Shown here: positions 45,279 to 49,215 of the stretch, one piece after another | How the letters are laid out: each line of letters opens with the position of its first letter | Numbering within the stretch: the stretch's first letter is position 1 | Source: Candidatus Woesebacteria bacterium | GTDB lineage: Bacteria; Patescibacteriota; Microgenomatia; UBA8517 | Reading direction: 5' to 3' | Assembly (NCBI GenBank): GCA_963784785.1 | Contig: CAWASW010000003.1 | Location: forward strand, 1 to 49,215 | Length of the DNA: 49,215 nt | Program-made: the position numbers and the translations under genes | Notes under the pieces: model-generated | Told to the model about the DNA's origin: nothing | The model's input: the letters and a program-made list of their open reading frames with translations, nothing else | The model's database searches: none

Positions 45279-45287
45279 ATTATACCA
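45279..45287 (-). promoter_or_regulatory. Extended -10 promoter (TGGTATAAT) 7 nt upstream of the ATG, predicting a leaderless mRNA
   Basis: The minus strand reads TGGTATAAT-TTGAGGT-ATG. Confidence 0.45.
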
Positions 45288-45440
45288 CCAAGAGTGGGAA
45301 ATAGCGAACAGGAATGAGAAATGAGGAAAAACAAGGACAACAACAGAACAGAGGAATGAGGAAGAAGGAGTGAGGAAAGAGGAGAGAGTTGGCTACAGAA
45401 ACTCATTTCTACTTACTCATTCCTAATTACTGTTTCCTCT

Positions 45441-45785
45441 TTACTTACCTACGCTTCTTATTAGTCCTGCCAGCATTCTTGATATTTCTTCATTTCTTGT
45501 AATGAATTCTTTAACTTTTTCTTTATTAAATTCGCTCATGACCAATATTATTTCTAACCAGCAGTCAACTTCATAGCGAAGCTGAATCTCATAATTGGAA
45601 CCTCTTGAACATCAAGTACTTTCAAGGTCAGACCTTTTGATGCAATGTATTAAGGTCTGACCTTAACAAAACAAAAATTGCTTTGGAACTGGAAGTTTGT
45701 AATCTGAAAAATGTTGGATAATATCAACTGTTAACTGTTTTGATTTTTGATAAACAAGTAATTCCTTGTATGAAGCAAGCGCCAT
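45441..45785 (-). pseudogene. Four-helix-bundle (23S rRNA intervening-sequence protein-like) gene with its middle replaced by the 41-bp hairpin element
   Basis: Hand translation gives the N-terminal piece MALASYKELLVYQKSKQLTVDIIQHFSDYKLPVPKQF and the C-terminal piece GSNYEIQLRYEVDCWLEIILVMSEFNKEKVKEFITRNEEISRMLAGLIRS on either side of 45624..45664. Confidence 0.5.
45624..45664. repeat. 41-bp hairpin element, copy 2 (loop inverted relative to copy 1)
   Basis: AAGGTCAGACCTT-TTGATGCAATGTATT-AAGGTCTGACCTT. The reverse complement of the loop matches the copy 1 loop at 13 of 15 positions. Confidence 0.85.
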
Positions 45786-45836
45786 ATTTCTATATTACTC
45801 TATCCTAATTCCTATTTCCTCATTCCTAATTTCTGT

Positions 45837-46166
45837 CTAAGAATATGACAAAAATCTTATATCCAATCTACTGTCCAATGCTTCTGCAAGTTTTTGAAGA
45901 AAATTAACAGTTGGGCTGATGTTCCCCTTTTCCAATCTTGATATTGCAGATTGAGTTGTTCCAAGTTTTTTAGCAAGATCTTTTTGAGACAAATCTTTCT
46001 TTCTTCTTATATCAATCATTGCCTGAATCATTGCAAATTCTGGCTGAAGTCTTTCAAACTCCCGTCTTAAGATAGGATTATTTTTCAACACCCTTTTTTC
46101 CCAAACCAAAAAGTCTTCGTGTTGCCTCTCTTCTGGTGGTATATTTAATAACTTTTTCTTATTCAT
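45837..46166 (-). CDS. XRE-family HTH antitoxin
   Basis: LSQKDLAKKLGTTQSAISRLEKGNISPTVNFLQKLAEAL, immediately downstream of the toxin gene. Confidence 0.75.
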   Translation of the reverse strand: MNKKKLLNIPPEERQHEDFLVWEKRVLKNNPILRREFERLQPEFAMIQAMIDIRRKKDLSQKDLAKKLGTTQSAISRLEKGNISPTVNFLQKLAEALDSRLDIRFLSYS

Positions 46167-46178
46167 ATATCGTATATG

Positions 46179-46520
46179 CTATATTATATCTTTAACTCTG
46201 TCAATTGCTATTTTGATTTCTTTTTTAGGAGTTTTTTGTGTTTTCTTTTTAAAAGCATGTAGTAAATAATATGAATTATTACTTTTTGCATAAAACACTC
46301 GGAGTGGATCTTTGCCTGTTACTCTTAGCTCGTATAAATTTTTAAATAGCTTTTTTGATTGTGGAGGCTTAAGGAAAGGTCCGTTGTTAATCAACAAATG
46401 AACGAGTTTATCAAATTTTGTAATTAAAACGTTATCTTGTTTTTCTATAAAGTCAGCTACAGGATAGTCTCCTCTTCTAGTTTGATAAAACTTAACATTC
46501 CATGTTTTCTGGATTGTCAT
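46179..46520 (-). CDS. Gp49-like/HigB-like toxin (RelE/ParE superfamily)
   Basis: LYELRVTGKDPLRVFYAKSNNSYYLLHAFKKKTQKTPKKEI matches the Gp49-like family pattern. Confidence 0.75.
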   Translation of the reverse strand: MTIQKTWNVKFYQTRRGDYPVADFIEKQDNVLITKFDKLVHLLINNGPFLKPPQSKKLFKNLYELRVTGKDPLRVFYAKSNNSYYLLHAFKKKTQKTPKKEIKIAIDRVKDII

Positions 46521-46603
46521 AATTTAAATATATACCAAATTTTATATTGTGAAAATAACCCAGCAGTTGCACCAAAACGTTCACATAGTACTCTTAAGAT
46601 AGC

Positions 46604-46666
46604 GATCAGGAATGAGTGATCAGGAATGAGTTCAAACTAACTCCTAATTCCTTTCTCCTGATTCCT
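46604..46666. repeat. Tandem and inverted AGGAAT-core repeats between the TA operon and the prgI-like gene
   Basis: GATCAGGAATGAGT occurs twice in tandem (46604..46631). Nine nt further on come CTCCTAATTCCT and CTCCTGATTCCT on the opposite strand sense. Confidence 0.8.
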
Positions 46667-46673
46667 ATCTAAC

Positions 46674-47723
46674 ATGGAACAACATCCAATACCACAACAA
46701 ATAAGCTCATATCAGTTCAAATTGGTTGGAGATATGACGTTGAAACAGTTCTTCCAAGTTGCGGGCGGCGTGATAGTTAGTTTAATTTTCTACTCCACTC
46801 CATTGCACCCGTTCATAAAGTGGCCATTTATTTTGTTTTCTGCTGGAATGGGTGCAGCTCTTGCCTTTTTACCTTTTGAAGAAAGACCTTTAGAAAGATG
46901 GATTTTTGCATTCTTTAGATCAATTTACTCCCCTACTTTATACTTTTGGAAAAAGACAGAAAAGCCACCAGTTTTTTATACAGAAGAGGCTGTTGCCCCA
47001 GCAATTACAACAGTAGCTAATACAAACCCAATTGTTGAAAAAGATACTGCAAAACTAGAAGATGCTGAAAAAACATTTTTACAAAAAATCGGAGGACTGT
47101 TTAACGTAGCCTCGGCTACGCAGGTTGCAGCGAATAGTGGACAGGTTACAGTTCAGAAAATATCGACTCCAAATTTAGGTGCCACGACAGAATCCTTTAA
47201 GCAAGAAGTTGTTCCTGCTGCTGAATCGGCCCTAAAACCTGTAACCAATAACCCATCACCTACTTTGGCTGTTCCTCAGCAAATTCCAACAGTTATTACT
47301 AAATCTGCACCAAAGTTAATTATCGAAGAAAGTGCGCCAATAAACCACCCATCAGCACAAACGACTGAAATTACTGGAGAAAAATTAGTAGAGAAAGAAA
47401 TTACTTCAAATGTTGTTGAATTTTCTGTTGATGCAGCTCCTCCATCCCCTCCTATTGCGATAAATACAATTTCAGGACAAGTCATGGATCAAGACAGAAA
47501 AATAATTGAGGGAGCAATTTTAGAAATCAAAGATTCTAACGGCAGACCTGTAAGAGCTTTAAAAAGCAATAAAGCAGGGCATTTTATAATCGTCACCCCT
47601 CTACAAAACGGCAAATATGAAGTTACAATTGATAAAGAAGGGTTTACTTTTGAACCAGTTTCATTTGATGCTAAGGGGGAGATGATACCGGCAATTGCCA
47701 TCCGTGGGACACGGATTGCATGA
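46674..47723 (+). CDS. PrgI-like (VirB3-like) membrane protein with a C-terminal CarboxypepD_reg-like beta-sandwich
   Basis: The N-terminal YQFKLVGDMTLKQFFQV plus two TM spans match the PrgI-family pattern. The C-terminal ISGQVMDQDRKIIEGAILEIKDSNGRPV...NGKYEVTIDKEGF is the beta-sandwich region. Confidence 0.55.
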   Translation: MEQHPIPQQISSYQFKLVGDMTLKQFFQVAGGVIVSLIFYSTPLHPFIKWPFILFSAGMGAALAFLPFEERPLERWIFAFFRSIYSPTLYFWKKTEKPPVFYTEEAVAPAITTVANTNPIVEKDTAKLEDAEKTFLQKIGGLFNVASATQVAANSGQVTVQKISTPNLGATTESFKQEVVPAAESALKPVTNNPSPTLAVPQQIPTVITKSAPKLIIEESAPINHPSAQTTEITGEKLVEKEITSNVVEFSVDAAPPSPPIAINTISGQVMDQDRKIIEGAILEIKDSNGRPVRALKSNKAGHFIIVTPLQNGKYEVTIDKEGFTFEPVSFDAKGEMIPAIAIRGTRIA

Positions 47724-47747
47724 ATGATGAATTAGGAATTATGAAGT

Positions 47748-48497
47748 ATGAATAACGACAAAATATCACAAACAACAAACAGCCAACAGCCAAAAGCTGC
47801 AGCTGTTCTAACTGGAAACTGGAAAGTGGAATTTGGAAATTTGATATCGAAAATTCCATATTTTGGAACACCTGATATTCCACTTGAATCAACAACACAA
47901 GATCATCTACCAATTGCTGATATTGTCGATGATATTGTTCTTTACAAAGACGGGGGAGCTGCAATTGTTATGGAAACATCCTCACTTAACTTTGGATTAT
48001 TATCTGAAAAGGAGCAAGGTGCTGTTGTTGCAGCCTATGCAGCTCTTATTAATTCATTATCTTTTTCTATCCAAATAATGATTAGAACTCAAAGGAAAGA
48101 TATTTCTGCCTATATTAAATATTTTGATGAAATGTCAGCAAAAATTACTAATCCCAAACTTGCAGCCATTACTGATGATTATAGACACTACATTACAGAA
48201 TCAATTAAAAAGAAAACTGTTTTAGGAAAGCATTTTTATATAGTTATTCCATTTAATCAATTAGAACTTGGAGTAACAAAATCAGCCTTGACTGTCTTAA
48301 AGCGTGGTCCATTACCTTTTCCAAAAGAATATGTTGTAAAAAAAGCAAAAGTTACGCTTTTTCCAAAAAGAGATCATTTGATAAGACAGGCAGGTAGACT
48401 TGGGTTAAAATTAAAACCATTAAACACACAAGAACTAATAGATTTGTATTACAGTATTAATAATCCTGAACCACCAGCAGTGAAGAAGGACATCTAA
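47748..48497 (+). CDS. Hypothetical protein in the T4SS operon
   Basis: 249-aa ORF between the prgI-like and virB4-like genes. No motif recognised. Confidence 0.5.
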   Translation: MNNDKISQTTNSQQPKAAAVLTGNWKVEFGNLISKIPYFGTPDIPLESTTQDHLPIADIVDDIVLYKDGGAAIVMETSSLNFGLLSEKEQGAVVAAYAALINSLSFSIQIMIRTQRKDISAYIKYFDEMSAKITNPKLAAITDDYRHYITESIKKKTVLGKHFYIVIPFNQLELGVTKSALTVLKRGPLPFPKEYVVKKAKVTLFPKRDHLIRQAGRLGLKLKPLNTQELIDLYYSINNPEPPAVKKDI

Positions 48498-48534
48498 TAC
48501 AAGATTTATGATTTAAGAATTATGAATTAAGAAT

Positions 48535-49215
48535 ATGCAAAACGATAAAATAAAACAAATAAAACCAAAGGTGACAAATCCGAACCTGAGCATCGCTTCA
48601 GGGGAGATGCTTTTGCATGATGCCATTGCCTCAGAACATGTTGAAGTAGATTTTGATTTTATTAAAGTAAATAACATTTTCTACAGAACTATTTTTATTG
48701 CAGGATATCCTAGATTCGTTGCACCAGGTTGGCTTGAACCAGTTGTTAATTTTAATTCCTCTCTTGACATGAGTTTTTATATTTACCCTGTCGCAGGGAA
48801 GTCAGTTCTTGATGATTTAAGACGTAAGATTGCAGAAATGGAGGCGGAGCTTTCAACTGATATGCAACGTGGAAGAATTGTTGACCCCTCAACTACAGCA
48901 AAGTTGGAAGATGCTCGAGCTCTGCAAGAACAACTTGTCAAAGGAATTGAAAGATATTATGAGTTTTCATTTTATATAACAATTCCAGCCAACACTCTTG
49001 ATGAATTAAATAACGTCACCAGACAAATCCAATCAACTTTAGGTTCGCTTTTAATTGTTGCTAAGAACGCCTCACTTGACCAAAGAGAAGGATTTCTTTC
49101 AACCGCTCCCTACGGTAGAGATAGCCTCTCAATTACTCGTAATATGGATACGACTTCGGTTGCTACAACATTTCCATTTACGTCCGCGGAGCTCTCCTCG
49201 GACAAAGGAATCTTG
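48535..49215 (+). CDS. VirB4/TrbE-like T4SS ATPase, N-terminal part (runs off the right edge)
   Basis: FYRTIFIAGYPRFVAPGWLEPVVNFNSSLDMSFYIYP matches the N-terminal domain pattern of Gram-positive-type VirB4 homologues. The ORF is open to the window end. Confidence 0.6.
   Translation, partial: MQNDKIKQIKPKVTNPNLSIASGEMLLHDAIASEHVEVDFDFIKVNNIFYRTIFIAGYPRFVAPGWLEPVVNFNSSLDMSFYIYPVAGKSVLDDLRRKIAEMEAELSTDMQRGRIVDPSTTAKLEDARALQEQLVKGIERYYEFSFYITIPANTLDELNNVTRQIQSTLGSLLIVAKNASLDQREGFLSTAPYGRDSLSITRNMDTTSVATTFPFTSAELSSDKGIL

Noticed and set aside
46604-46631. Tandem 14-mers as a mini CRISPR array
   Set aside because: There are only two directly abutting units with no spacers and no cas genes. No CRISPR array is visible anywhere in the window.

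Overview
AT-rich window (about 35% G+C in lines I counted by hand) read with the standard code. It looks like a small-genome uncultivated bacterium, possibly CPR/Patescibacteria-like, but taxonomy cannot be established from this window. Housekeeping genes are groES-groEL, smpB plus tmRNA, five tRNAs (all four tRNA-Ser isoacceptors plus tRNA-Arg), and the competence genes dprA, comM and comF with yraN. Mobile DNA is dense: a partial IS3 nested in an IS481-like transposase fragment, an intact rve transposase, three identical 518-bp IS200 copies, a second IS200 type, and an identical 195-bp MITE (two full copies plus one fragment). 27.6-49.2 kb holds a type IV secretion-like cluster: eight tandem VirB2/TrbC-like pilin paralogues, a Cys-rich secreted protein with an SLT/VirB1-like C-terminus, and VirB6-like, PrgI/VirB3-like and VirB4-like genes. 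Competence genes, toxin-antitoxin modules and defence-like genes are interleaved with it. The least explained signal has three parts. (1) A ~640-nt GC-rich (about 55%), ORF-poor, helix-dense block at 7858..8496 is a candidate large structured RNA. (2) Its first 225 nt recur inverted at 18212..18436, identical except for one 22-nt window and one loop base, so the two copies bracket a 10.1-kb accessory segment. (3) A large serine recombinase gene directly abuts the second copy. That gene sits between perfect 63-bp inverted repeats and is inserted at the 3' end of tRNA-Ser(CGA), the same position where the MITE sits in two other tRNA-Ser genes. All functions are inferred from motifs read by eye; no database search was run.
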